This document shows, one piece after another, positions 40,130 to 48,968 of a stretch of DNA of 58,319 bases; the stretch's first letter is position 1, and every line of letters begins with the position of its first letter. The DNA is from Pseudomonadota bacterium (lineage in GTDB: Bacteria > Pseudomonadota > Gammaproteobacteria > Steroidobacterales > Steroidobacteraceae): assembly GCA_018241545.1 (NCBI GenBank), contig JAFEDP010000001.1:1-58319 (forward strand), in the 5' to 3' direction. Position numbers and translations under genes: made by a program. Below the pieces are notes generated by a model. The model did no database searches and was not told the origin of the DNA. It saw only the letters and a list, made by a program, of their open reading frames with translations.

Positions 40130-40930
40130 GTGATGCGCACCATGACTTCCCCACCTCGGGCGCCCGTCGCTCTCGTCACCGGCGCATCGCGCGGCATCGG
40201 CGCCGCGGTGGCGGCGGCGCTGGCGGCGCGCGGGGTTCGCATCGCGCTGCACTACCGCTCGAACCACGCGGCGGCCCGGGCAACGCTGGCCTCGTTGCCC
40301 GACGCTGGGCATGTGCTGGTGCAGGCGGATCTTGCGGACGGTGCGGCCACCGCGGCCCTGTGGGACGAGGTCGCGGCGCGGCTCGGCGCCCCCGACATCG
40401 TGATCAACAACGCGGGCATCTTCGTCGACCACCCACCGCTGACCTCCAGCTACGACGACTGGCGCGAGGCGTGGCGGCTGACGCTCGCGACCAACCTCGT
40501 CGGCCCGGCCAACCTCGTTCTGCTCGCGGCGCAGTCGATGGCCGCGCGTCCGGCGGCCCGGGATGCAGCGTTCGGGCGCGGCCGGATCGTCAACGTCTCA
40601 TCGCGCGGCGCCTTTCGGGGCGAGCCGGACGCGCCCGCCTACGGGGCGAGCAAGGCGGGTCTCAACGCGCTGTCGCAGTCGCTGGCCAGGGCCGTGGCGG
40701 ACCGCGGCGTGTACGTCTTCGCCGTCGCGCCGGGTTGGGTCGGCACCGAGATGGCGACGGCGCATCTCAACGGCCCGGGCGGGGCGGCGATCCTCGCGCA
40801 GCACCCGCTCGGCCGCGTGAGCAGCGGCGAGGAGGTCGCCAACGCGATCGCCTACTGCGCGCTCGACGCGCCGGCGGCGATGACCGGGGCGATCATCGAC
40901 GTCAACGGCGCGAGCTACCTGCGAACCTGA
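40130..40930 (+). CDS. Short-chain dehydrogenase/reductase (FabG-like)
   Basis: 266 aa. TGASRGIG cofactor motif and YGASKAGLN catalytic YxxxK. Confidence 0.9.
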   Translation: MMRTMTSPPRAPVALVTGASRGIGAAVAAALAARGVRIALHYRSNHAAARATLASLPDAGHVLVQADLADGAATAALWDEVAARLGAPDIVINNAGIFVDHPPLTSSYDDWREAWRLTLATNLVGPANLVLLAAQSMAARPAARDAAFGRGRIVNVSSRGAFRGEPDAPAYGASKAGLNALSQSLARAVADRGVYVFAVAPGWVGTEMATAHLNGPGGAAILAQHPLGRVSSGEEVANAIAYCALDAPAAMTGAIIDVNGASYLRT

Positions 40931-41529
40931 TGGCGCCGACCGTCACGCGGCTATCCCGCATGCGCGACCTTCACCTGCGTTCGGCCCGGATCGGGGCCGG
41001 GATCTGGTCGCCGGACGACCTGGACCTCGCACTGGGACTGTGGGGGGACCCGCAGGTCGGGCGCTTCATTGGCGGGCCGTTCTCGCCGGCACAGGTGGCG
41101 GCGCGACTCGAACGAGAGGTCCGGCACCAGCGGACCCGTGGCATGCAGTACTGGCCGCTGTTCCTGCTGGACGACGGCGAGCACGTCGGGTGCTGCGGGG
41201 TCGCGCCGCATCACGACGACGGCCCGGTGCTGGAATTCGGGTTCCACCTGCGCCGCGCCCACTGGGGCTGCGGCTACGTGCGCGAGATCGGCCCGCTCGT
41301 GATCCGCGCGGCCTTCGACCGCCTCCGCGCAGCCGCATTGTACGCCGGGCACCACCCCGACAATCATGCATCGCGGCGGGTGCTCCAGTCGCTGGGGTTC
41401 CGCTACACGCACGACGAGTACTACCCGCCCACGGCTGTCGTCGAACCCTGCTACCGGCTCGTGCCGAGCGACGCGCCCGCCGTGCCGCCCGGGTGCGCGG
41501 ACCTCAGCCCTCGAGACGCTCGAGGGTGA
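40930..41529 (+). CDS. GNAT-family N-acetyltransferase
   Basis: ATG at 40930 forms TGATG with the SDR stop. 199 aa. LEFGFHLRRAHWGCGYVRE resembles the acetyl-CoA-binding motif A region. Lies inside track ORF 40360..41529. Confidence 0.65.
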   Translation: MAPTVTRLSRMRDLHLRSARIGAGIWSPDDLDLALGLWGDPQVGRFIGGPFSPAQVAARLEREVRHQRTRGMQYWPLFLLDDGEHVGCCGVAPHHDDGPVLEFGFHLRRAHWGCGYVREIGPLVIRAAFDRLRAAALYAGHHPDNHASRRVLQSLGFRYTHDEYYPPTAVVEPCYRLVPSDAPAVPPGCADLSPRDARG

Positions 41530-43597
41530 CGGGCGTGCCGTTCAGGGCTGCATTGCCGCTCGGCGCGTCGAGGCGCTCTGGGTCGGTCAGATCGTTGTAG
41601 CTCGCCCCGCGTACCGAGTGCGCGCGCTGCAGGCGCGCGCCGGCGCGCCCATGGCCGAAGCCATGTGGTAGGCAGACCACGCCGGGCTGCAGTGCATCGC
41701 TGGCGCGCACCTCGACCTCAATCGCGCCGGTTCGCGACCGGACCCGCGCGCGTTCCCCGTCAACGAGCCCGCGGGCTGCGAGGTCGTCCGGGTGCACGTG
41801 CAGCTCGTGCCGCGTCTTGCCCTTCACGAGACGGGGTGCGTTGTGCATCCACGAGTTGTTGCTGCGCACGTGACGGCGTCCGATCAGCGCCAGCTCGCCC
41901 GGTCGCAGCGGCGCCGCCGGCTCCGCCTCGAGGCGCGCGACCTCGTCGACCAGCAGCGGCGGCGCGCACTCGATCATCCCACTCGCCGTCTCGAGGCGGC
42001 GCAGCAGGGACGACTGCAGGGGTCCCATGTCGACGCCGTGCGGAGCCGCCTCGAGCGCCGCGAGGTCCAGCCCACTGCTGCCGCGCGCCAGCCCGGCGGC
42101 GATCAGCGTGCGCGGCTCCGGCAGCGGCGACCAGGGCTTGCCCGCTGCCTGCGCGTAGGCGTGCGCGACGCCGGCGATGATCTCCCAGTCGGCGCGCTCC
42201 GCGTCCGCGCGCGACCGCAGCGGGGCATTGAGGCGCGCGACGCGCCGCACGGCGAAGCCGTTGAAGACGGTGTCGTAGTGGTACTGCGTCAGCGGCGACG
42301 CGGGTGGCAGGATGAGGTGCGCATGTCGCGTCGTCTCGTTGACGTAGATGTCGATGGCGACGAAGAAATCGAGGGAAGCGAGGGCCGCATCGAGGGCCGC
42401 GCCCGCCGGCGTCGAGAGCACGGGGTTGCCGGCACAGGTGAACAGGGCACGGACGCGGCCCGGCCCGGGAGTCGTGATCTCTTCGGCCAGCGCCGCCACC
42501 GGCAGCTCGCCGGCGAACTCCGGCAGCGAGCGGACGCGGCTGCGCCAGCGGTCACGGTGCCCCTTCGACGTCCCCGGGCCCGTCACCGGGATGGCCGGTT
42601 CGTTCGGCAGCACCCCGCCAGGCCGGTCAAGCTGGCCGCAGTACAGATTGATGAGCTGGATGATCCACTGGCACAGGGAGCCGTAGGCCTGGGTCGACAA
42701 CCCCATGCGGCCGTAGACGCATGCGCGGGACGCGCCGTACAGCTCGCGCGCCAGCCGCTCGATCGTGCCCGCGGGCACGCCGCTGCGCGCGGCCGCCTGA
42801 GCGGCCGTCACGCCGCCGGCCCGCTCAAGCGCCGTGTCCAAGCCGTTCAACCGGCCGGCGTAGCCCGCGAGGCGCGGCGGTCCACAGGCGCGCACGGCCT
42901 CGAGCAGGCCTCGCAGGAACCAGGCGTCCGTCCCGGGCCTGATCGCCACGTGCTCGCTCGCGATGGCGGCCGTCTCGGTGCGGCGCGGATCCACGACGAC
43001 CAGGCGACCGCGGCGGACCAGCGCCTCGAGGCGCCGGGCGATGCCCGGCGCCGTCATCAGACTGCCGTTCGATGCCACGGGGTTGGCGCCCAGCATCAGC
43101 ATCCAGTCGGTGTGATCGACGTCCGGGACCGGCACGAGCAGCTGGTGGCCGTACATCGCCCACGCCACGAGCTGGTGCGGCCACTGGTCCACTGACGACG
43201 CGGAATAGACATTGCGCGTCCGGATGAGACGCAGCAGCGACGGCAGGTACGCGTGGTGCCCGAAATGATGGACGACGGGGTTGCCGAGATAGGCAGCCAC
43301 CGCATCGGCGCCGTGCTCGCGCTGGGCCGCGGCCAGGCGCTGACCCGCCTCGGCGAAGGCCTCGTCCCAGCTCACTTCCTCCCAGTCCCGCCCGTGCCGC
43401 CGCAGCGGCCGCCGCAGGCGGTCCGGATCGGCCTCCAGATCGAGAATGGCGACGCCCTTCGGGCAGAGGTGACCACGACTCAGCGGGTCCTCGGCGTCAC
43501 CGCGGATCGCCGCCAGCTGCCCATCGTCGATGCGGAACTCGAGGCCGCAGATGGCTTCGCACAGGGGGCAGGCGCGGAATCGGCGCTCGCTCGTCAT
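41504..43597 (-). CDS. Molybdopterin (MopB-family) oxidoreductase, cytoplasmic, with N-terminal Fe-S motif
   Basis: Start MTSERRFRACPLCEAICGLEF at 43597, inside the 900 aa track ORF. 697 aa. CPLCEAIC...HLCPKG cluster motif, no signal peptide, no in-frame TGA. Confidence 0.85.
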   Translation of the reverse strand: MTSERRFRACPLCEAICGLEFRIDDGQLAAIRGDAEDPLSRGHLCPKGVAILDLEADPDRLRRPLRRHGRDWEEVSWDEAFAEAGQRLAAAQREHGADAVAAYLGNPVVHHFGHHAYLPSLLRLIRTRNVYSASSVDQWPHQLVAWAMYGHQLLVPVPDVDHTDWMLMLGANPVASNGSLMTAPGIARRLEALVRRGRLVVVDPRRTETAAIASEHVAIRPGTDAWFLRGLLEAVRACGPPRLAGYAGRLNGLDTALERAGGVTAAQAAARSGVPAGTIERLARELYGASRACVYGRMGLSTQAYGSLCQWIIQLINLYCGQLDRPGGVLPNEPAIPVTGPGTSKGHRDRWRSRVRSLPEFAGELPVAALAEEITTPGPGRVRALFTCAGNPVLSTPAGAALDAALASLDFFVAIDIYVNETTRHAHLILPPASPLTQYHYDTVFNGFAVRRVARLNAPLRSRADAERADWEIIAGVAHAYAQAAGKPWSPLPEPRTLIAAGLARGSSGLDLAALEAAPHGVDMGPLQSSLLRRLETASGMIECAPPLLVDEVARLEAEPAAPLRPGELALIGRRHVRSNNSWMHNAPRLVKGKTRHELHVHPDDLAARGLVDGERARVRSRTGAIEVEVRASDALQPGVVCLPHGFGHGRAGARLQRAHSVRGASYNDLTDPERLDAPSGNAALNGTPVTLERLEG

Positions 43598-43638
43598 GCC
43601 CAACCTCCACCGCGGCGCAGGCCGGATGCCCGTCCCGC

Positions 43639-44088
43639 TCAGTAGTCGGACTCTCCCGGGGGGATTCCCGCGGCGCGCATGAACTCGGCCCGCTGGCGCT
43701 GGATATTGAGCGTCGGGGTCGCGCGCGCCGCGTGCACTTCCGCGGCCGTGTACGGCTGCGTGGCGGACGCCGCCTCGGGCGCGAACTCCCCGACGCACCA
43801 GTTCATCACGTTCGCGAGGGCGTGATCCGAGAGCTGCGAATTGGCGACGCCCGGGAAGTGCAGCAGCAGCTCGCGGCCGCCTTGCGCGCTCAGGAACCGC
43901 GGCATGGTCTCGCGCAGTGCCGGCACGCGGTGGCGCACGCCGGTGCCCGCCTGGCCGTGGCAGCCACCGCAGAAGAGCACGTAGTTCTGGCGCACGTCGC
44001 TCGACTCGGGCCGCTCGAGCGCGCGGGGCGCGCCCGCGACGCACGCCAGGACCAGCGCCGACGCACCCGCGACGGCCCGGCGTTTCAC
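43639..44088 (-). CDS. Monohaem c-type cytochrome (paralogue 2)
   Basis: GTG at 44088 in a GTGA overlap with the upstream stop. Signal or lipobox-like VKRRAVAGASALVLACVAG. CGGCH haem motif. 149 aa. Confidence 0.75.
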   Translation of the reverse strand: MKRRAVAGASALVLACVAGAPRALERPESSDVRQNYVLFCGGCHGQAGTGVRHRVPALRETMPRFLSAQGGRELLLHFPGVANSQLSDHALANVMNWCVGEFAPEAASATQPYTAAEVHAARATPTLNIQRQRAEFMRAAGIPPGESDY

Positions 44089-44579
44089 GGCGGCAGTCCG
44101 GCGACGACCGTAGCGCGATGCTCGCGCACCGCGCTGCCATCGAGCTCGTGGACACGCTCCGCGGCGATGTCCGCCGCTGCCAGCGGTGCGGTAGCCGCCG
44201 GGGCATGGCCGATATCGAACACGACGAAGTTCAGTGCCGCCGCGAGCGTCGCGTCGTCGAAGCGCCCGAAGTCCGGCATCTTGAAGTTGTAGTGCCGCTC
44301 GCCGATGACGATGTCGCCGAACATGCCGTACAGCACCGTCATCGCGAGCTGTCGCCGCCCCTCGGCAATGCCGGCGAAGCGCGCCGGATACTCGGTCAGC
44401 GGTGGGGCGAGGCCGGGCGTGCCGGCGCCGTTCGCGCGGTGGCACACGGCGCAGTTGGCCTGGAACGTGGCTGCGCCGTCAGGGTAGCGAGGTTGGTCGT
44501 CCGCCCGGGCTACGCCCGCGGCCAGCGCCCAGCCAGCCAGCAGCAGCGGCCACGCAGCCCGGCCGAACGGCCCGTTCAC
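44085..44579 (-). CDS. Monohaem c-type cytochrome (paralogue 1)
   Basis: GTG at 44579 in a GTGA overlap with the mauA stop. Signal peptide AAWPLLLAGWALAAGVARA. CAVCH haem motif. 164 aa. Confidence 0.75.
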   Translation of the reverse strand: MNGPFGRAAWPLLLAGWALAAGVARADDQPRYPDGAATFQANCAVCHRANGAGTPGLAPPLTEYPARFAGIAEGRRQLAMTVLYGMFGDIVIGERHYNFKMPDFGRFDDATLAAALNFVVFDIGHAPAATAPLAAADIAAERVHELDGSAVREHRATVVAGLPP

Positions 44580-45103
44580 TTCCCGGCGACACCCAGGACG
44601 ACCGACACCGAGCAGTGGTAGTTCGGATTGTCGTTGGCCATGCACCAATTGACGTCGTTGTTGAGCGACATCCGGTACATGGGCCGTTCGCCCTCGTTAC
44701 GGTTGCAGAAGCAGCTGCCGCAGCTCGTCTTACCGCAGCAGTCGTTGTACGACATGATGTAGTCGCGGCCGTCCGCCGGATTGTGGCAGGTGCCGATCCA
44801 GGTGATCGGCGACTGCTGCGTCCCGGGGGGGCAGCTCGAGGAGCTGCCGCCGCAGCAGCCGCACAGGAATCCGTCGATCGCGCAGTACTTCCAGTACTCG
44901 CAGGAGTTCGGGTCGGCCGCGGCCGCCGCCTTGGCGCCGGGCTCTGCCGCGAGCGCCTGCGAGCCGCGCATCACGGGCAGCAGCGGCAGCAGCGCGGCCC
45001 CCGTCAGGACGTGGCCGAAGGCGGACAGGAATCCGCGGCGCGACGTCCGCCGCGCGAGCCCGCGCGACACGCGCTCGGCCCAATGGTCAAACCGCTGCTG
45101 CAT
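44576..45103 (-). CDS. mauA: TTQ-dependent amine dehydrogenase light (small) subunit
   Basis: Start MQQRFDHW at 45103. Tat signal RRTSRRGFLSAF. Cys-rich mature part CEYWKYCAIDGFLCGCCGG...CPPGT...ITWIGTCHNP...DCCG...VNWCMAN...YHC closely parallels methylamine dehydrogenase light chains, including both cofactor tryptophans. Confidence 0.9.
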   Translation of the reverse strand: MQQRFDHWAERVSRGLARRTSRRGFLSAFGHVLTGAALLPLLPVMRGSQALAAEPGAKAAAAADPNSCEYWKYCAIDGFLCGCCGGSSSSCPPGTQQSPITWIGTCHNPADGRDYIMSYNDCCGKTSCGSCFCNRNEGERPMYRMSLNNDVNWCMANDNPNYHCSVSVVLGVAGK

Positions 45104-45105
45104 CG

Positions 45106-46251
45106 TTACGGGTTCAGGAGGTACCACGAGGACTGCCCCAGTTTGGGTTCCACGTACAGCTGCCGGCCGGTCGTCGCGTCCATGACGATCAGGTCGGAGT
45201 TCTCGGTCATCAGGAACAGCAGCGGCTTGTCATCCTGCGATACCTGGATCGCCTGGACGCCACCGTGTGCCTTGGCGTCGATCGGCCAGCGCCCGAACCG
45301 GCGATGGGTCGCGCCGTCGAACGCCCATACCTCGGTGCCGGTGACCTTGTGGCTGCCATCGCCACCGCGGTGGACCTGCAGATAGAGGCGGCCGGTCTTG
45401 CGGTGCAGCGCCAGCACCTGGCCGCCGCCCGGACGCCACTTGCCGCGTTCGGCCGCGGTCGCCGTCGACCACACCGGTGCAAACGCCGGCTCGGCGCCTG
45501 ACAGGTCGACGCCGTAGACGTCACCGAGGAACGACAGGAACACGATCCCGGAGTCGCTGAGCGCGCCCTGCACGAAGATCGGGTCCTTGTCCACGCTGAA
45601 GAACGGCGCGGACATCTTGCGCGACACCTCGTGCCCGCCGTCATCGAGCGTGACGCTCAGCAGGCGACCGGTCTCGCACAGCGACGTGACGCGGCGCGGG
45701 CCGGAAGGAATCACCAGCACGCAGCCGTCGGTGTCGACCTCGCCGACGACGGACTTCTTCGGCACGTCGACGACCGAGAACGAGGTCGCCGGCGACAGGT
45801 TGGTGATGTACACCAGCCGCTGGTCGGGGCTGAATGCGACATTGTGAAGCGGGATCGTCTGCGCATGACGGGACGGCAGGATGACCTCGCCGGTGATCGC
45901 CAGCGTCGAGTTGTCGGTGAACTCGAGAACGTCGGTGCGCGCGCCGTGGCTTCCGCGCGCGAAATACGTCGTCGCGACCGCCGTCGTCTTGCCGTCCGCC
46001 GAGAACGCCACGCCCGGCCAGAATCCCGTGTCTATCTGTCCGAGCTGGCGATGTGAATCGCCGTCGTACAGGTAGAGACGCATATCGGTCTCATTGTTGT
46101 TCGACTCGTCGAACACCCACACCCAATGGGGAGAGGCTGGCGGCAGCTTTGCGAGCGTCAGATGCTCGGCCGCGAGCGGGGGTGGCGCAGCGGCTTCCGC
46201 TACGCACGCCGTGAGGAGCGCAAGGCACGCGCCCCAGGTTGTCCGCCACAT
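45106..46251 (-). CDS. mauB: Amine dehydrogenase heavy (large) subunit, 7-bladed beta-propeller
   Basis: Start MWRTTWGACLALLTACVAEA at 46251, inside the 783 aa track ORF. Blocks ARGSHGARTDVLEF, AERGKWRPGGGQ and IQVSQDDKPLLF parallel Paracoccus MauB as I recall it. Stop lies 2 nt before mauA. Confidence 0.85.
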   Translation of the reverse strand: MWRTTWGACLALLTACVAEAAAPPPLAAEHLTLAKLPPASPHWVWVFDESNNNETDMRLYLYDGDSHRQLGQIDTGFWPGVAFSADGKTTAVATTYFARGSHGARTDVLEFTDNSTLAITGEVILPSRHAQTIPLHNVAFSPDQRLVYITNLSPATSFSVVDVPKKSVVGEVDTDGCVLVIPSGPRRVTSLCETGRLLSVTLDDGGHEVSRKMSAPFFSVDKDPIFVQGALSDSGIVFLSFLGDVYGVDLSGAEPAFAPVWSTATAAERGKWRPGGGQVLALHRKTGRLYLQVHRGGDGSHKVTGTEVWAFDGATHRRFGRWPIDAKAHGGVQAIQVSQDDKPLLFLMTENSDLIVMDATTGRQLYVEPKLGQSSWYLLNP

Positions 46252-46359
46252 CGTTGGCCCCCCCGATCGCCGTCGCCGTAGTGTGCCACAGGCACGCGTT
46301 TGATGGCACTCACCGGTCGATGGACCGGCGCCCGGTGGCACGCGATACTCGATGTCATC

Positions 46360-47631
46360 ATGCAATCGAACATCGATTCCGGCGCCGGGCGCGTGTTTTA
46401 CGGCTGGAAGGTCCTCGCAGCGCTGTTCACCGCGGGGTTCCTGGTCTACGGCGGCGGGCTGTACTGCTTCGTGCTGTTCGTGACGCCCCTGACCCAGGAG
46501 TTCCACTGGAGCCGGGCCGCCACGGGCGGCATCGTCTCGGCCTTCTGGCTCAGCGCCCCGCTGCTGATCGCCGGTGGACTCGCCATGCGGCGCTTCGGCG
46601 TGACCCGCATGCTCGCGGTCGGAATCGTGGTCGAGGCGCTGTGCGTGCTGCTCCTCACGCGCGTCACGAGCTTGCCCGAGATGATCCTGCTGCGCGCCAC
46701 GATGGGCTTCGGCAAGATCATGTTTGCCGTCACGATCCCAGTGACCATCGCGGTGTGGTTTCGCCGCCGCTTTGGATTCGCGCTCGGCATCGCCTGGGCC
46801 GGGTGGCACGTCGGCGGCATGGTGCTCGCCCCGGTGACCCAGGCCATCATCGAGCGCTACGGCTGGCGCGGCGCGTGCACGGCGCTCGGGATCTCGCTGC
46901 TCGTCTTCGCGCTCGGCCCGATCCTCTGGGTGCAGCGGATCCGCTCGCCCGCGGCGCTGGGCCTCGAACCCGACGGGGATCCGCCGCCGGCCGCCGCCTC
47001 GACTCCCGATGCGCCGGCGGCCTCGATAGCCGCGCCGGTCCCGTCCGGCACGCTGGAAGACCTGCTGAAGGCGCCGCTGTTCTGGCTGATCGCGGCCGCC
47101 ACGCTCTGCTTCTACATGACGTACGGCGGCGTCCTGGCGCATCAGGGCGCGATCGTCGAGGCGGCCGGATACTCGTCGGGACTCGCCTCGATCGTGCTCG
47201 GGTCGACGGCCGGGTTCGCTGCCGTCGGCGGGCTGGCCACCGGCTGGATGGTCGACCACTGGCGACTGGCGCGGGTGGGGCTGGCAATGCACGTGATGCT
47301 GATCGCCGGCGCGCTGTCCATGCTCAGCGTTCTGTACCTGCCTTCGCTCGCCGGCCTGTGCGCGTATGCCGCGTGCTTCGGCATCATGATCGGCGGATCC
47401 GACATCTTCTTCGTCAAGCTCATGCGCGAGCGCTTCCCGCACGTCAACATCGATCACGCCTACAGCGTGTGGTACTGCACCGAGCTCGGCACGCTGTGGC
47501 TGTCCGGGATCGTGGCCGGCTGGATCTACGACACGACCGGGAACTACGCGCGCACGCTGGTCGTGCTATCGGCCAGCGCCGGCGTCGCCACCGTGCTCAC
47601 GATGGCCGCGCTTCGCCACCGGTCGCGGTGA
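46360..47631 (+). CDS. MFS transporter (oxalate/formate-antiporter-like subfamily)
   Basis: ATG at 46360 (MQSNIDSGAGRVFYGWKVL), about 423 aa with 12 hydrophobic segments. Divergent from mauB across a 108 nt gap. Confidence 0.8.
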   Translation: MQSNIDSGAGRVFYGWKVLAALFTAGFLVYGGGLYCFVLFVTPLTQEFHWSRAATGGIVSAFWLSAPLLIAGGLAMRRFGVTRMLAVGIVVEALCVLLLTRVTSLPEMILLRATMGFGKIMFAVTIPVTIAVWFRRRFGFALGIAWAGWHVGGMVLAPVTQAIIERYGWRGACTALGISLLVFALGPILWVQRIRSPAALGLEPDGDPPPAAASTPDAPAASIAAPVPSGTLEDLLKAPLFWLIAAATLCFYMTYGGVLAHQGAIVEAAGYSSGLASIVLGSTAGFAAVGGLATGWMVDHWRLARVGLAMHVMLIAGALSMLSVLYLPSLAGLCAYAACFGIMIGGSDIFFVKLMRERFPHVNIDHAYSVWYCTELGTLWLSGIVAGWIYDTTGNYARTLVVLSASAGVATVLTMAALRHRSR

Positions 47632-48929
47632 GCACGGTGGTCACGCCGCTGGAACAGGACGCCCCGGGCTGCCTCTATCCGCTGACGGCGACGCCCGCGC
47701 TCACACTGCCGCGCCTGCGCGGCGACGTGCGCGTGGACGTGGCGGTGGTGGGCGGCGGCTACACCGGACTCTCGGCCGCGCTGCACCTCGCGGAGCGCGG
47801 CCGCCCGGTGGCGTTGCTGGAGGCCTTCGAGCCGGGCTGGGGCGCCGCCGGCCGCAACGGTGGCCAGGTCAACGCCGGGATGAAGCACGAGCCGGACGCG
47901 GTGGAACGCGCGCTCGGCCCGGTGCACGGCCCGCGCGTCGTCCAGCTGGCGGGGAGCGCCCCGCAGCTGCTGTTTGAGCTGATCGAGCGTCACGGGATCG
48001 ACTGCGAGGCCGTGCGCGCGGGGACATTGCGAGCCGTCTACCAGCCGCGCCAGCTGGCGACGCTGCGGGCCTCGGCCGGCCAGTGGCACCGTCGCGGCGT
48101 GGAGCTCGAGCTGTGGGACGCCGCTCGGCTCGCCGAGGTCACCGGTTCCCGCCGCTATGTCGGCGCGACCTTCGACCGGCGCGGCGGGGCCGTGAATCCG
48201 CTCAGCCTGGCGCGTGGCCTCGCCCAGGCGGCGCAGCGCCGCGGGGCGGCAGTCTTCGGCGAGTCCCGGGCCCTGCGCCTCGAGGCGGCTCGGCCCGGCT
48301 GGCGCATCCATACCGAGGGCGGTGCAGTCACCGCCGACGCGGTCATCATCGCCACCGACGGCTACAGCGACGGCCTGTGGCCGGGCCTACGCACGAGCAT
48401 CGTCCCGATCTACAGCTCGATCATCGCGACCGAACCGCTGCCGGCACAGTTGCGCGCATCCATACTGCCGGGCGGCCCGGTGCTGTACGAGGCCGGCAAC
48501 GTCACCGTCTACTACCGCTGCGACGCCGCGGGACGCCTGCTGATGGGGGGTCGCGGGCTGCAGCGGCGCGCGACGCAGCGCGCCGACTACGAGCACCTCG
48601 TAACCTACGCGCAGCGGCTCTGGCCGGCCCTGTCGGGAGTGCGCTGGACCCACTGGTGGAACGGCCAGTTCGCGCTGACGCCCGACTTCTACCCGCGCCT
48701 GCATGCGCCTGCGCCGGGCGTGTACGTCGGGCTGGGTTACAGCGGCCGCGGCGTGGCCCTGGGCACCGCCCTGGGGGCCGAACTCGCGGCGGCGGCGACG
48801 GGCACGCCGCTCGCTGCGCTGTCGCTGCCGGTCACGCCGATCCCGGCGCTGCGCTTTCACCGCTACTGGCGGCTCGGCGTCGCCGCCGGCGTCGCCATCG
48901 GGCGCGTGCGCGACCGTCTCGGTCGTTAG
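47628..48929 (+). CDS. FAD-dependent amine/amino-acid oxidoreductase (DAO family, PuuB/OrdL-like)
   Basis: GTG at 47628 in a GTGA overlap with the MFS stop. VAVVGGGYTGLSAALHLAERG dinucleotide fold and GAAGRNGG block. C-terminal part of the 896 aa track ORF. Confidence 0.8.
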   Translation: MSTVVTPLEQDAPGCLYPLTATPALTLPRLRGDVRVDVAVVGGGYTGLSAALHLAERGRPVALLEAFEPGWGAAGRNGGQVNAGMKHEPDAVERALGPVHGPRVVQLAGSAPQLLFELIERHGIDCEAVRAGTLRAVYQPRQLATLRASAGQWHRRGVELELWDAARLAEVTGSRRYVGATFDRRGGAVNPLSLARGLAQAAQRRGAAVFGESRALRLEAARPGWRIHTEGGAVTADAVIIATDGYSDGLWPGLRTSIVPIYSSIIATEPLPAQLRASILPGGPVLYEAGNVTVYYRCDAAGRLLMGGRGLQRRATQRADYEHLVTYAQRLWPALSGVRWTHWWNGQFALTPDFYPRLHAPAPGVYVGLGYSGRGVALGTALGAELAAAATGTPLAALSLPVTPIPALRFHRYWRLGVAAGVAIGRVRDRLGR

Positions 48930-48968
48930 GCGACCGGGGTCGCCGCCGTCCGTGGAACGGCCGGGGCG

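Noticed and set aside
41504-43597. Possible selenocysteine (in-frame TGA) in the MopB oxidoreductase
   Set aside because: The reading frame is uninterrupted from the CPLCEAIC N-terminus to the stop codon. No internal TGA is needed, so there is no evidence for Sec recoding.
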